A DNA stretch of 63,959 bases, counting the filler. It is 6 parts of 6 records of this genome, joined end to end, with 100 filler letters (N's around TTAATTAATTAA, not from the genome) between each part and the next. Parts side by side here need not be neighbours in the genome. Positions count along the whole stretch, not along the records: positions 38,569 to 58,474 come from SRR31156797_13207; positions 58,575 to 63,959 come from SRR31156797_13209; 4 more parts are not named here. The stretch is one strand, 5' to 3'. The notes under the pieces were generated by a model that saw nothing but the letters and a program-made list of their open reading frames with translations, searched no databases and was not told the DNA's origin. Below are positions 51,179 through 61,841 of this stretch, in pieces. Both the position numbers and the translations under genes were made by a program. How positions within the stretch are numbered: position 1 is the stretch's first letter; each line of letters begins with the position of its first letter.

Positions 51179-53596
51179 TTATTTCTTTTTAGTTGCTGCT
51201 TTTTTCGCAGGCGCTTTTTTAGTGGCACTTTTCTTTGCTGCAGCTTTCTTTGTGGTTTTCTTCCCACCTTCCTTAATCAACTTCATACAATCCTCAAAAG
51301 ACAACTCTTTTGGTTCTGTATCTTTTGGTATTTTGTAATTTTTCTTTTGATAAGAGATGTAAGGTCCCCATCTGCCATTTAGAATTTGTAAATCAGCATC
51401 CTCGTCAAAACTCTTTATAAACTTCTCTCTATCAGCTTTTCTTTTTTCCTCTATTAAAACAATCGCTCTTTCCAAATCCACACTTAGAGGATCATCCACT
51501 CCTTTTTTCAATGACACGAATTTTCCATCATGCCTAACATAAGGACCAAAACGACCGATACCAACAACCACTTTTTTATCTTCATACAAACCTAAATCAC
51601 GAGGTAGATCAAAAAGTCTCACCGCTTCTTCAAGCGTAATTGTTTCCAAATGCTGACCTTTTTGCAATGAAGCAAATTTAGGTTTTTCAACTTCGGGATC
51701 TTCACTACTTTCTCCCAATTGAGCCATTGGACCGTATCTACCAATCTTAACACTTACAGGCTTACCTGTTTTAGGATCATCTCCAAGCAACCTCTCCCCA
51801 GTATTTCTCTCTGAATGCTCAAGTGTATCCTCTACCTGCTCATGAAAACTTTGATAGAAGTTATCAATGGACTCATTCCATACTATTTTCCCCAAAGAAA
51901 TCTCATCAAACTCTAATTCTACTTTTGCAGTAAAATCATAGCTCACGATATTAGGGAAATATTTCATCAGAAAGTCATTCACTACCATACCCACATCTGT
52001 CGGAAATAGTTTATTTCTTTCTGCACCTGTAATCTCCGTTTTTTCCTCTTTGGTTATTTGTTGATTAGAGAGTGACAAATAGTTGTATGTTCTCTCTTTT
52101 CCTTCGCGCTCTTCTTTTACAACATACCCTCTATTTTGAACCGTAGAAATAGTTGGTGCATATGTTGATGGACGCCCAATACCTAAATCTTCCAATTTCT
52201 TAACCAATGCAGCTTCTGAATACCTGGCTGGTTTCTGACTCCATCTTTCACGAGCTTCTATTTGCTCAAATTGCAAGTCCTCGCCAACTTTAATTGGAGG
52301 AATAAGACCTGAATCTTCTTCCTGTTCCATATCACCATCATGTTCTGATGATTGAAGGTACACCTTTAAGAATCCATCAAACTTTATAACCTCACCGGTA
52401 GCCACAAAATACTCAGCAATACCTTCTGATTTAATTTGCACTGTGGTTTTTTCCAATTGAGCATCACTCATCTGCGAAGCAATGGTTCTTTTCCAAATGA
52501 GTTCGTATAATTTTTGTTCCTGCTGAGAACCACTAACTGTTGGTTTATTTAAATATGATGGTCTAATGGCCTCGTGCGCTTCCTGAGCTCCCTTACTTTT
52601 TGTTTGGTATTTTCTAATCTTTAAGTATTCCTCACCCATAACATCGGTAATTTGCTCGCTAGCCATTTGTAGAGCTGCATCAGCTAAATTCACCGAGTCG
52701 GTACGCATATAGGTAATCTTTCCTGCCTCATATAACTTTTGAGCAACCGACATAGTTTGCGCTACCGAAAAGCCTAACTTTCTACTTGCTTCCTGCTGTA
52801 ATGTAGAAGTTGTAAATGGTGCTGCAGGAGATTTCTTTAAAGGTTTCTTCGTAATATCTGCCACCTTAAACTCAGCATCCTTACATTTATTTAAAAATGC
52901 TTCCGTTTCCTCCAGTGAAGAAAATCGCTTATTAAGTTCAGATTTTAATTCCGATACTACTCCTTCTTCTGATTCAACCAAAAAAACAGCAGTTACCCTA
53001 TAAGAAGACTCTGGCTCGAATGCAAATATTTCTCTTTCTCGTTCTACGATTAAACGTACAGTTACCGATTGAACACGGCCTGCCGACAAGGATGGCTTAA
53101 CTTTTTTCCAAAGCACAGGAGACAATTCAAAACCTACCAACCTATCAAGTACCCTACGGGCTTGTTGCGCATTTACCAAGTCAATATTAATATCACGTGG
53201 ATTTTCTATAGCATGTAGAATAGCCGGCTTTGTAATCTCATGAAAAACAATTCTTTTTGTATTTTCCGGTTTCAGCCCCAACTCATCATAAAGATGCCAG
53301 GCAATAGCCTCTCCCTCACGGTCTTCATCGGAAGCGAGCCATACTGTTTTCACTTCCTTTGCCAGCTTCTTTAATTCTTTAACTACTTCTTTCTTATCAT
53401 CTGAAACGATATAACTAGGTGTATAGTTATTGGCAATATCTACCCCAAAATCTTTTTTAGCTAAATCACGAATATGTCCATAACTTGATTTCACTAAAAA
53501 TTTATCACCCAAAAACTTTTCAATAGTTTTTGCTTTGGCAGGTGACTCTACAATCACCAAGTTTTCTTCACTTATACTCTTTTTTGCCATGTACAA
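51179..53596 (-). CDS. topA: DNA topoisomerase I
   Basis: LVIVESPAKAKTI, SDEDREGEAI, SAGRVQS, ITYMRTDS, QEAHEAIRP, GIGRPSTYA, C-terminal GRYGP/GRFGPY repeats, Lys-rich tail. Confidence 0.97.
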   Translation of the reverse strand: MYMAKKSISEENLVIVESPAKAKTIEKFLGDKFLVKSSYGHIRDLAKKDFGVDIANNYTPSYIVSDDKKEVVKELKKLAKEVKTVWLASDEDREGEAIAWHLYDELGLKPENTKRIVFHEITKPAILHAIENPRDINIDLVNAQQARRVLDRLVGFELSPVLWKKVKPSLSAGRVQSVTVRLIVEREREIFAFEPESSYRVTAVFLVESEEGVVSELKSELNKRFSSLEETEAFLNKCKDAEFKVADITKKPLKKSPAAPFTTSTLQQEASRKLGFSVAQTMSVAQKLYEAGKITYMRTDSVNLADAALQMASEQITDVMGEEYLKIRKYQTKSKGAQEAHEAIRPSYLNKPTVSGSQQEQKLYELIWKRTIASQMSDAQLEKTTVQIKSEGIAEYFVATGEVIKFDGFLKVYLQSSEHDGDMEQEEDSGLIPPIKVGEDLQFEQIEARERWSQKPARYSEAALVKKLEDLGIGRPSTYAPTISTVQNRGYVVKEEREGKERTYNYLSLSNQQITKEEKTEITGAERNKLFPTDVGMVVNDFLMKYFPNIVSYDFTAKVELEFDEISLGKIVWNESIDNFYQSFHEQVEDTLEHSERNTGERLLGDDPKTGKPVSVKIGRYGPMAQLGESSEDPEVEKPKFASLQKGQHLETITLEEAVRLFDLPRDLGLYEDKKVVVGIGRFGPYVRHDGKFVSLKKGVDDPLSVDLERAIVLIEEKRKADREKFIKSFDEDADLQILNGRWGPYISYQKKNYKIPKDTEPKELSFEDCMKLIKEGGKKTTKKAAAKKSATKKAPAKKAATKKK

Positions 53597-53864
53597 TACA
53601 GATATTTAACAGTTTGCGCTATTTCAATTTAAGGATATAGTTTTAGATTTTCAACTATATCCCAAGCAAACAATCGTATGTTTCTTCAATAAAGCCGTCA
53701 AATTTATAAAATTATCGCAACAATACTAAAAAGCATATTTTTTTCAAATAAATATCGCCTTATTAAAATCCCAGAATACATTTACGAAATACAATTAATA
53801 AATAGAAACAACGTATATAAGTAAAATTGCTAATTTTACCACAAATTTCAATATTCAATACATT

Positions 53865-56225
53865 ATGACTAACAAAAGTAGGGGCATCAAAAGATTTCTA
53901 AAATGGTTTTGGGGCATCATTATTAGCGGTATTCTTCTGGTGTTTTTCTTATTTATTCTTATTTCGATGGGTTATTTAGGTGTAATGCCATCTTTTGAAG
54001 AATTAGAAAATCCTAAAAGCAGTATATCAACAGATATTATATCTGAAGACCAACAAGTCCTTGGAAATTTTGCTATTGAAAACAGAACCTTTGTAGATTA
54101 CGAGGACTTATCTCCAAATATTGTTAACGCTTTAGTTGCCACTGAAGATCTTCGGTTTTATGACCATTCGGGTGTTGATCCAAGGGGTTTGGCCAGGGTT
54201 GCAGTACGAACTGTAATTTTAGGCGACAAGGGCGCCGGAGGAGGAAGCACCATTACTCAGCAGCTTGCTAAATTACTTTTTCACGAACCTGCAAAAAACA
54301 TTTGGGAAAGAGGGTTACAAAAGCTTAACGAATGGGTAATTGCTATTAAGCTGGAGAAAAGCTATACAAAAAATGAAATCTTAACCATGTATCTTAACAA
54401 AGTAGGATACATCTACGATGCATATGGAATTTATTCAGCTGCTCACACCTTTTTTGGCACCAATACCGACACCATTAAAATTGAAGAAGCAGCCACTTTG
54501 GTGGGTATGTTGAAAAACCCGGCACTGTTTAATCCTCTTAGAAGAAAAGACACAACAGAGTTCAGAAGAAATGTGGTTTTGGATCAAATGAGAAAAGCTC
54601 AGTTTATTACTCAAGAAGAGTTTGACTCATTAAAAAACATACCGCTAACATTAAAATTTAAAAGACGAGATCATAAAGAAGGAGTAGCTCCTTATTTTAG
54701 AGAACATATCCGATTAACGCTTACTGCCAATAAACCAGAGAAAAATAATTATCCATCTTATTTGCAAGATAAATTTAAAAGCGACAGCCTTGAATGGGAA
54801 AATAATCCTATGTACGGTTTTATTAACAAAAACTTAAAACCAGATGGAAGCAAGTACAATATCTATAGAGATGGTTTAAAAATATACACTACTGTAAACT
54901 ATAAAATGCAAACCTATGCAGAGAATGCTGTAAAAAACCATTTGGCAAACGATTTGCAAAAGGCATTTTTCCGTGAGAAAAAAGGCAGAACCAGAGCTCC
55001 ATTTTCTCATAACCTGACAGAAGAACAATACAAAAGCATCATAAACAGAGCGGTTAGAAATTCTGATAGATATCGAACCATGCGAAGAGCAGGACACAGT
55101 GTTGATTCTATTATGAAATCATTTAATACACCAACCAATATGGAGGTGTTTACATGGGAAGGAGATAAAGATACTGTACTTACGCCTATGGATTCCATTA
55201 AGTATTTCAAATACTTTTTGCGAGCTAGTTTATTCTCTATTGATCCTGCTAATGGTCATGTTAAAGCATATGTTGGAGGTCCCAACTTTAAGTATTTTAT
55301 GTACGATATGGCAACACAAGGCAAAAGACAGGTCGGTTCTACCATAAAGCCTTTGGTTTACACACTGGCTATGCAAGAAGGACATAGTCCGTGCGATTTA
55401 GTTCCGAATATACCTCAAACATTTGTTTTACCTGATGGAAAAACCTGGACTCCTCGCGACGGAGGAAAACATCGCCTTGGAGAAATGGTTACATTAAAAT
55501 GGGGCTTAGCAAATTCCAATAATAATATTACAGCCTGGGTGATGAAACAATATAACCCTGAGGCTGTCAGGGACATGATTCACGAATTAGGAATACAAAG
55601 CCCAATGGATGCTGTGCCTTCTTTATGTTTAGGAATTCCTGATTTTTCATTACACGAAATGGTAAGTGCATACAGTACCTTTGCCAACAAAGGTGTAAGA
55701 ATTGAACCTTTAATGATAACCCGAATTGAAGATAGGTTTGGTAATGTGATTGGGCAATTTACACCCAACAAAAAAGAAGTGATTAGTGAACAGACAGCTT
55801 ATTTAATGTTGAATCTTCTACAAGGAGTAATTAATCATGGTACCGGATTAAGACTTCGCTACACCTATAATTTCACAGCTCAAATTGGAGGAAAAACCGG
55901 AACAACTCAAAACCACTCTGATGGTTGGTTTATCGGAGTTACTCCAAAACTAGTAACCGGCGTGTGGGTTGGTGGTGAAGACAGAGATATTCACTTTGAT
56001 GGTATTTCTTTAGGACAGGGTGCCAATATGGCCTTACCTATTTGGGCACTTTATATGAAAGCTTTATACGAAGACGAATCTTCATTAATTACTCAAGAAG
56101 ACACATTTGAAGAACCTATTAACTTCAATATTTCGTTGGATTGCGATGAAGAAAGAAGTGCTATTGAAGAAGATGAAGAAGAAGCTGAGCAATACACTAA
56201 TGGATCGGAAGAGGAATTCTTATAA
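53865..56225 (+). CDS. Class A penicillin-binding protein (PBP1a)
   Basis: N-terminal TM, EDLRFYDHSG, GGSTITQQLAK, STIK (SxxK), SNN, KTGT. Confidence 0.95.
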   Translation: MTNKSRGIKRFLKWFWGIIISGILLVFFLFILISMGYLGVMPSFEELENPKSSISTDIISEDQQVLGNFAIENRTFVDYEDLSPNIVNALVATEDLRFYDHSGVDPRGLARVAVRTVILGDKGAGGGSTITQQLAKLLFHEPAKNIWERGLQKLNEWVIAIKLEKSYTKNEILTMYLNKVGYIYDAYGIYSAAHTFFGTNTDTIKIEEAATLVGMLKNPALFNPLRRKDTTEFRRNVVLDQMRKAQFITQEEFDSLKNIPLTLKFKRRDHKEGVAPYFREHIRLTLTANKPEKNNYPSYLQDKFKSDSLEWENNPMYGFINKNLKPDGSKYNIYRDGLKIYTTVNYKMQTYAENAVKNHLANDLQKAFFREKKGRTRAPFSHNLTEEQYKSIINRAVRNSDRYRTMRRAGHSVDSIMKSFNTPTNMEVFTWEGDKDTVLTPMDSIKYFKYFLRASLFSIDPANGHVKAYVGGPNFKYFMYDMATQGKRQVGSTIKPLVYTLAMQEGHSPCDLVPNIPQTFVLPDGKTWTPRDGGKHRLGEMVTLKWGLANSNNNITAWVMKQYNPEAVRDMIHELGIQSPMDAVPSLCLGIPDFSLHEMVSAYSTFANKGVRIEPLMITRIEDRFGNVIGQFTPNKKEVISEQTAYLMLNLLQGVINHGTGLRLRYTYNFTAQIGGKTGTTQNHSDGWFIGVTPKLVTGVWVGGEDRDIHFDGISLGQGANMALPIWALYMKALYEDESSLITQEDTFEEPINFNISLDCDEERSAIEEDEEEAEQYTNGSEEEFL

Positions 56226-56259
56226 TCCTTAAACGACAATGCACTTTACTATAATATAC

Positions 56260-56295
56260 CGAGGATTTCGCTTATAACGAGATCCTCGTTTTTTT
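56260..56295 (+). terminator. Rho-independent terminator
   Basis: CGAGGATTTCG/CGAGATCCTCG stem followed by a T-run. Confidence 0.7.
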
Positions 56296-57661
56296 ATGCA
56301 AAAAGAGATTTAAAAGCTTCTTCTAGTTTTGTTACCTGAAGAATATTAATATCAAACTTAGATAAGTCTACTCCTTTTGTAAATCGGGGAATAATTATTT
56401 GTTCAAAACCAAGCTTAGACGCTTCTGCAATTCGTTGTTCAATTCTAGTTACCGGCCTTATCTCCCCCGAAAGACCTATTTCTCCAGCCATACAAATCTT
56501 AGGCGAAACCGGAATGTCAATATTTGAGGATAAAATGGCTGATGCGACTGCTAAATCTATAGAAGGATCGTTTACCTTTATTCCTCCCGCAATATTTAAA
56601 AACACGTCTTTAACAGCCAATTTAAAGCCAGCTCTTTTTTCAAGAACTGCCAAAAGCATATTTAACCTTCTAAGGTCAAAACCTGTAGCTGATCGCTGAG
56701 GTGTTCCATATGCCGCCGTGCTAACCAAAGCCTGCGTCTCAATCAAAAACGGTCTCATCCCTTCGATGGCTGCAGCAATAGCCACTCCACTTAAATTTTC
56801 ATGATGATGAGAAAGTAATAATTCCGAAGGGTTAGTCACTTCTCTTAAACCATCACCCAACATTTCAAAAATACCGATCTCAGCCGTAGACCCAAACCGA
56901 TTCTTTATGGATCTAAGAATACGATACATATGGTTACGATCTCCTTCGAACTGTAAAACCACATCCACCATATGTTCTAATACCTTTGGCCCTGCAAGAT
57001 TTCCTTCCTTATTAATATGACCAATCAGAATTACCGGTAAGTTTTGCTCTTTGGCTACTCTCAAAATGGCTCCGGTACATTCCCTGATTTGAGATACACT
57101 ACCCGGCAAGGAATCCATATTTTCACTACTTAAAGTCTGAATCGAATCTACCACCAATAAATCAGGATTCACATTTTTAATATGACCGAGCACTTTCTCC
57201 AATGAAGTTTCACTTACTACCAAACAGTTTTCGCTACCTTGATGAATCCGATCCGCTCTTAGTTTTATTTGTTGTGGACTTTCCTCCCCGGACACATACA
57301 ATACTTTTCTGGAGTTGATGCGCAGAGCCATTTGTAAAACCAAAGTAGATTTTCCTATTCCCGGTTCACCTCCAACAAGGATTAAAGAGCCTGGAACCAT
57401 TCCTCCTCCAAGTACTCTATCTAACTCAGCATTGGAAGTGTAAATTCTAGGTAACTCAGCCACCTCTACCTTATGAATAGGTTCCGGTTTCGACGATACT
57501 GTTTCAAAAAAATTATTGGCAACCGATTTTTTTCCTGTAGATTTCACAACCAGCTCCTCTACATATGTATTCCATTGTCCACATGCATTACATTTTCCCA
57601 CCCATTTAGGCGATTCTGTACCACAATTCTGACATACGAAAACCGATTTTGCTTTTGCCAT
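56294..57661 (-). CDS. radA: DNA repair protein RadA/Sms
   Basis: C4 zinc finger, GEPGIGKSTL, KNRFG. Confidence 0.97.
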   Translation of the reverse strand: MAKAKSVFVCQNCGTESPKWVGKCNACGQWNTYVEELVVKSTGKKSVANNFFETVSSKPEPIHKVEVAELPRIYTSNAELDRVLGGGMVPGSLILVGGEPGIGKSTLVLQMALRINSRKVLYVSGEESPQQIKLRADRIHQGSENCLVVSETSLEKVLGHIKNVNPDLLVVDSIQTLSSENMDSLPGSVSQIRECTGAILRVAKEQNLPVILIGHINKEGNLAGPKVLEHMVDVVLQFEGDRNHMYRILRSIKNRFGSTAEIGIFEMLGDGLREVTNPSELLLSHHHENLSGVAIAAAIEGMRPFLIETQALVSTAAYGTPQRSATGFDLRRLNMLLAVLEKRAGFKLAVKDVFLNIAGGIKVNDPSIDLAVASAILSSNIDIPVSPKICMAGEIGLSGEIRPVTRIEQRIAEASKLGFEQIIIPRFTKGVDLSKFDINILQVTKLEEAFKSLFA

Positions 57662-57675
57662 AATTCTTTGAGTTG

Positions 57676-58173
57676 TTAAGATTTTATCTCTGCAGCTATT
57701 TTATCTATAATATTTGTTGTAGAAAATCCATCTACGAATGTTATGGTTTCAACAGAACCTCCTTTAGCAGTAACCACGTCATAGCCTACAATATCTTCCA
57801 CATTATAATCAGCACCTTTTACCAACACATCCGGTTGAACAGCTTTTATCAATTCATATGGTGTATCCTCGTTAAAGAAAACAATCATATCTATAAACTC
57901 AAAGGCCGAAAGCACAATTGCTCTGCTTTCTTCATCCACGATAGGCCTTGTTGGCCCTTTTATTCTACTGACTGACTCATCTGTATTCAAACCCAAAACT
58001 AATTTAGTTCCTTTTTGAGCAGCCAAAGAAAGATACTCTGCATGTCCTCGGTGCACAAGATCGAAGCAACCATTTGTAAAAACAACACGCTCTCCATTAT
58101 CTTGCCATTGCTGAATAATATTCCTAGCTTTTTCGAGCTCTACAATTTTCGATTTAAAATACAGTTTATCCAT
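57676..58173 (-). CDS. rfaE2: D-glycero-beta-D-manno-heptose 1-phosphate adenylyltransferase (RfaE domain II type)
   Basis: VFTNGCFDLVHRGH, KGPTRPI, PDVLVKGADY, STTNII. Confidence 0.88.
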   Translation of the reverse strand: MDKLYFKSKIVELEKARNIIQQWQDNGERVVFTNGCFDLVHRGHAEYLSLAAQKGTKLVLGLNTDESVSRIKGPTRPIVDEESRAIVLSAFEFIDMIVFFNEDTPYELIKAVQPDVLVKGADYNVEDIVGYDVVTAKGGSVETITFVDGFSTTNIIDKIAAEIKS

Positions 58174-58195
58174 TACAATAACCTAATAAAATGAC

Positions 58196-58218
58196 AAACC
58201 CCGGTATTACCGGGGTTT
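58196..58218. terminator. Hairpin after panD
   Basis: AAACCCCGGTA-T-TACCGGGGTTT. Confidence 0.6.
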
Positions 58219-58238
58219 CATAAATTAAAAATAATGTT

Positions 58239-58474
58239 TTACACCAATTGATTTGTAGCCGTATCCGGGAATACAAATTTTGGTTTGAATACTTTCGCTT
58301 CTTCTAAAGGCATTGAGGCATATGTAATAATAATAATAACATCGCCCACAGCTACTTTACGCGCTGCTGCTCCATTTAAACAAATAACACCTGAACCTCT
58401 TTCTCCCTTTATAACATAGGTTTCCAAACGTTCGCCATTATTATTATTTACCACCTGAACTTTTTCGTTTTCAA
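58239..58474 (-). CDS. panD: Aspartate 1-decarboxylase (5' part lost at contig end)
   Basis: [43 protein letters not shown]. Confidence 0.93.
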
Positions 58475-58574
58475 NNNNNNNNNNNNNNNNNNNNNNNNNN
58501 NNNNNNNNNNNNNNNNNNTTAATTAATTAANNNNNNNNNNNNNNNNNNNNNNNNNNNNNNNNNNNNNNNNNNNN
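58475..58574. other. Artificial contig spacer
   Basis: N44-TTAATTAATTAA-N44. Confidence 0.99.
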
Positions 58575-58626
58575 CCATAAAATTATAAAATTCTCTGGAG
58601 AAAGTTATAATTTTATGGGCGTCCCC
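58575..58626. repeat. REP-like palindromic element (left end truncated)
   Basis: CCATAAAATTATAA (58575-58588) pairs with TTATAATTTTATGG (58605-58618), followed by GCGTCCCC; related half-copy at 62811-62845. Confidence 0.6.
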
Positions 58627-58647
58627 TCCACTGGTCCCCTCCATTTG

Positions 58648-59510
58648 CTAAAACCGGAAGGTCACGGTGCCGCCGAATGTCCTGGGCGCACCGTCACCCC
58701 CCACATCGCCGCCGGGCATGGGGGCGATATAGGTAAGGTATTCTTCGTCAAACACATTTTTGCCCCACAGGATTATGTCCCTTGTCCGAAAACGGCATAG
58801 CCGCTGGTTTCTATATTCGTCACCGGATTCCTATAAACAACCCCGGCTGAAACCATATCGTACATATAATCGATATCGGTTTCCTCCTTGAACCCGTATA
58901 CGCCGGCCAGCCATTCGACGGGACCGCTGTTGCCGGGGGGCGAGAACCGTAACTCCTGGCTGTATTGCCGATCCTCATAGGACAATGTCGACGCCTGTTT
59001 ATCCGTGCTGTCGTCCCAGAAATCCAAATCATTGAGATAGTCATGTTTGTAATACCGGACACCGGATTCACTGTTCCTGCCATATAATGTTCCCTGGGGT
59101 CCCCTGAGGATTTCCACGCGTTCCACATCAAACAACTCGGCGTTGTGCATGTAATGCAGGGGATAACTCACCTCATCCACATAATATCCGGCCGGTGAAA
59201 AGATGGAGGTGGTAAACGAAGAGATTCCCCGGATGACAATGACATGCTCGGCATGGTTGTCTTTCATGAGTATGTTGGGCGAAAGCCGTGTGAGGTCGAA
59301 GGTGTTTTCTATATTTGCATCTTCCAGCTGAAGTGCTGAGAAAACAGAGACACTCATGGGGATTTCCTGGACGTTTTCCTCTTTTTTCTGGGCCGTGACG
59401 GTGATGGGTTCCAGTTGATAGTCTTCCGCCATGACGGTGGTAGAAAAGGATGGATGAAACAGCACGGCGCTTATGATCATTGCGGTCATGACATGTTGAG
59501 CATATTTCAT
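58648..59510 (-). pseudogene. TonB-dependent receptor pseudogene with two large internal deletions
   Basis: Compared with the upstream paralog it jumps from GRNSESGV to RYYKHD in frame, then from FGQGT to ILWGKNVFDE...TVTFRF* in another frame (manual translation; stop at 58648-58650). Confidence 0.85.
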
Positions 59511-59555
59511 GAAAACTCTTCCTTTGTTTGCCTGAAACGTATTGGTTCAAATCCG

Positions 59556-61745
59556 TTAAAATCGATATGTCACTGTTACGCCGGCCGTCATGGGATCGCC
59601 GTCCGCGACCAGTACGTTGGGGCCGAAATTGACCATATAGTTAAACGTTTCCTCATCAAATATGTTCTTTCCCCATAGAATCACGTCTAAGTGCTCACTT
59701 TCATAACCGAGCCGCAGGTTAACCGTCTGGTACGCGTCGTGTTCCAGTGTGTTTTTGCTGTCACAATAATAGTCACCCACCGCCAGGAGATCGATGCGTC
59801 CGAAGAATCCGGTTCTATGGCGATATTGCGCACTCAGGTTGTACTTGTATTTGGGCGCAAAAATCAGATACTTGTCTTTATAGTCAAATGTGGTTCCGCC
59901 CGGGTCGGTGGAAAACCAGGAGTCAATCTTTGCTTCCGTATATCCGAAACCGGCGAACAGGTCCAGATTCGGCATGGGTTTTGCCTGAAGCTCCAGCTCA
60001 ATTCCCTGGGAGTGGGCCTTGGCGGCATTTTTAACATGCTGGGCCCCCGGGACCGAAAGGGTCGGATCCGGCTCCCGGACCTGCTTATCATCAATATCAA
60101 TATAGAACACCGCCGCATTGGCCAAAAGTTTGTCGTTCAGCCAGGAGGTCTTCAGGCCCATTTCGTAATTCCACGTATATTCAGGCTCATAGGTCAGCGC
60201 ATCCTCGGAAAAGGCGGAGGTATAGTTGTATCCGCCGATGAGATATCCCTTGGAAACCGAAACGGATCCCATGACATTTTCAGTAAAGTCATAGGCCACG
60301 GCCACTTTGGGTAAGACTTCATTATAGTCAAGATCTTTTTCCAGGAGTTGGCCGGACGGACTTGCCATGGACGGTTTTCCTTCCAGTTTTCCTCCCAGGT
60401 CGTGGTGATCAAAACGCAGGCCCGCCGTGAGATGCAGCTTGCTGAAAAGCGTATACGTGGCCTGGCCAAAGGCGGCATACCCGTTGACGTCCATGTCCCC
60501 AAGATGATCCCAGTAGGGACCTTTCCCGATAAAATTGATATGGGTTCTGGTATCAAGTTTCTCCCTGAAACCGTAGATGCCTGCCAGCCATTCGAATACA
60601 CCGTTGTCTTCGGCAGAGGAAAGCCGGATTTCCTGACTCACTTGCCGGTCCTTCCAGGCGAACTCGCTGAAACTTTCAGGACGGGCCGTCATGTCCCTGT
60701 CTCCCACAAGATCCCGGTTGTAATACCGCAGGCTGGATACGGAAAGAAAGTCAAAGAAATCACCGTCATGCTTGAGACGAAGGGTCTGCCCGTTGCCCTG
60801 CTGGTCGTTGCGGGTGCCGGGGTAGTCATTCCGGGATTCATGCCGGTCGGTTTTATCCGGTCCCGAATCGAATCGGTAGACCGCATGATCGTCATCGGCG
60901 TCCAGGGCATCGGCGATAAGGGAAATATCCCATCTGTCCGTGGGGGTCCACCGCAGGGTGCCGCGAATGTTCCGATGATCCAGTTGGGTGGCCTTCTCGT
61001 CATCGTTGTATTCGTTTGTCACGAAGCCGTCCGACTGGTTGATTTGTCCGGCAATCCCCAGATACAGCCGGTCATTGATAACCGGGCCGCTGATATTGGC
61101 CCCCAGCCGCCAGGTGTTGTAATTGCCGTAACTTGCGGAAATACTGCCGCGAAATTCGTTGTCCGGCTGCCTGGTGACAATGTTGATGACGCCGGATTCG
61201 GTATTCCGGCCGTAAAGTGTTCCCTGGGGGCCTTTGAGCACTTCGATGCGTTCAATGTCAAAGAGTTCGGTATTATGCATATATTGCAGGGGAAAATTGA
61301 CATCATCCACATAAAACCCGCCGGGGGAATAGACGGCCCCATGAAATGATGTCACCCCGCGAATGATGATGGTGTTTTCGGGGACCGCGTTTTTCAGAAA
61401 CACGTTCGGCGTGAATTGCGTAAGGTCCATGGTATCTTCAATGCCGGCATCCGCGATCTGGGTATCTGAGAAAACCGTGATGCTGATGGGCACCTTCTGA
61501 ACATTCTCTTCCCGTTTCTGGGCGGTCACAATGATGGATTCTATTTTGTGGGCTTCACTGATCTCCTGCCCTTGCCCGGTTTCCTGGCTTTTCGTTTCCG
61601 GCCGGGCCGATGCCTGGGGCGCCAGCAATAAGATCACGGCCAGATGGATGGCCCAGAGGATAACACCGCCATTAACTTTTTTTTTACTGAGCATCATGAA
61701 TTTGTCTCTCCCTTTGTTTGTTCCACGGCTATTGTGTTGTCGCAT
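59556..61745 (-). CDS. TonB-dependent receptor (FyuA/siderophore-receptor-like)
   Basis: TonB box ESIIVTAQKRE, plug ERIEVLKGPQGTLYGRN, C-terminal TYRF; true start probably at the downstream MMLSKK. Confidence 0.93.
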   Translation of the reverse strand: MRQHNSRGTNKGRDKFMMLSKKKVNGGVILWAIHLAVILLLAPQASARPETKSQETGQGQEISEAHKIESIIVTAQKREENVQKVPISITVFSDTQIADAGIEDTMDLTQFTPNVFLKNAVPENTIIIRGVTSFHGAVYSPGGFYVDDVNFPLQYMHNTELFDIERIEVLKGPQGTLYGRNTESGVINIVTRQPDNEFRGSISASYGNYNTWRLGANISGPVINDRLYLGIAGQINQSDGFVTNEYNDDEKATQLDHRNIRGTLRWTPTDRWDISLIADALDADDDHAVYRFDSGPDKTDRHESRNDYPGTRNDQQGNGQTLRLKHDGDFFDFLSVSSLRYYNRDLVGDRDMTARPESFSEFAWKDRQVSQEIRLSSAEDNGVFEWLAGIYGFREKLDTRTHINFIGKGPYWDHLGDMDVNGYAAFGQATYTLFSKLHLTAGLRFDHHDLGGKLEGKPSMASPSGQLLEKDLDYNEVLPKVAVAYDFTENVMGSVSVSKGYLIGGYNYTSAFSEDALTYEPEYTWNYEMGLKTSWLNDKLLANAAVFYIDIDDKQVREPDPTLSVPGAQHVKNAAKAHSQGIELELQAKPMPNLDLFAGFGYTEAKIDSWFSTDPGGTTFDYKDKYLIFAPKYKYNLSAQYRHRTGFFGRIDLLAVGDYYCDSKNTLEHDAYQTVNLRLGYESEHLDVILWGKNIFDEETFNYMVNFGPNVLVADGDPMTAGVTVTYRF

Positions 61746-61808
61746 ATAAAGTTTTGTAGAACTAAATATGTCTTTGGTTCCTAAATTGCAATTGCCGAAA
61801 GATACCCC

Positions 61809-61837
61809 AAACGGATTTTTTATCTGCCTTAAACGGA
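61809..61837 (-). promoter_or_regulatory. Candidate AraC tandem binding site upstream of the receptor
   Basis: Direct repeat AAACGGA at 61809 and 61831 (22-nt period). Confidence 0.45.
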
Positions 61838-61841
61838 GGGC

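Noticed and set aside
51179-51270. Lys/Ala-rich repeats at the end of topA
   Set aside because: Common basic tail of bacterial topoisomerase I.
24887-57661. Two radA genes as a duplication
   Set aside because: They are on different contigs from different organisms.
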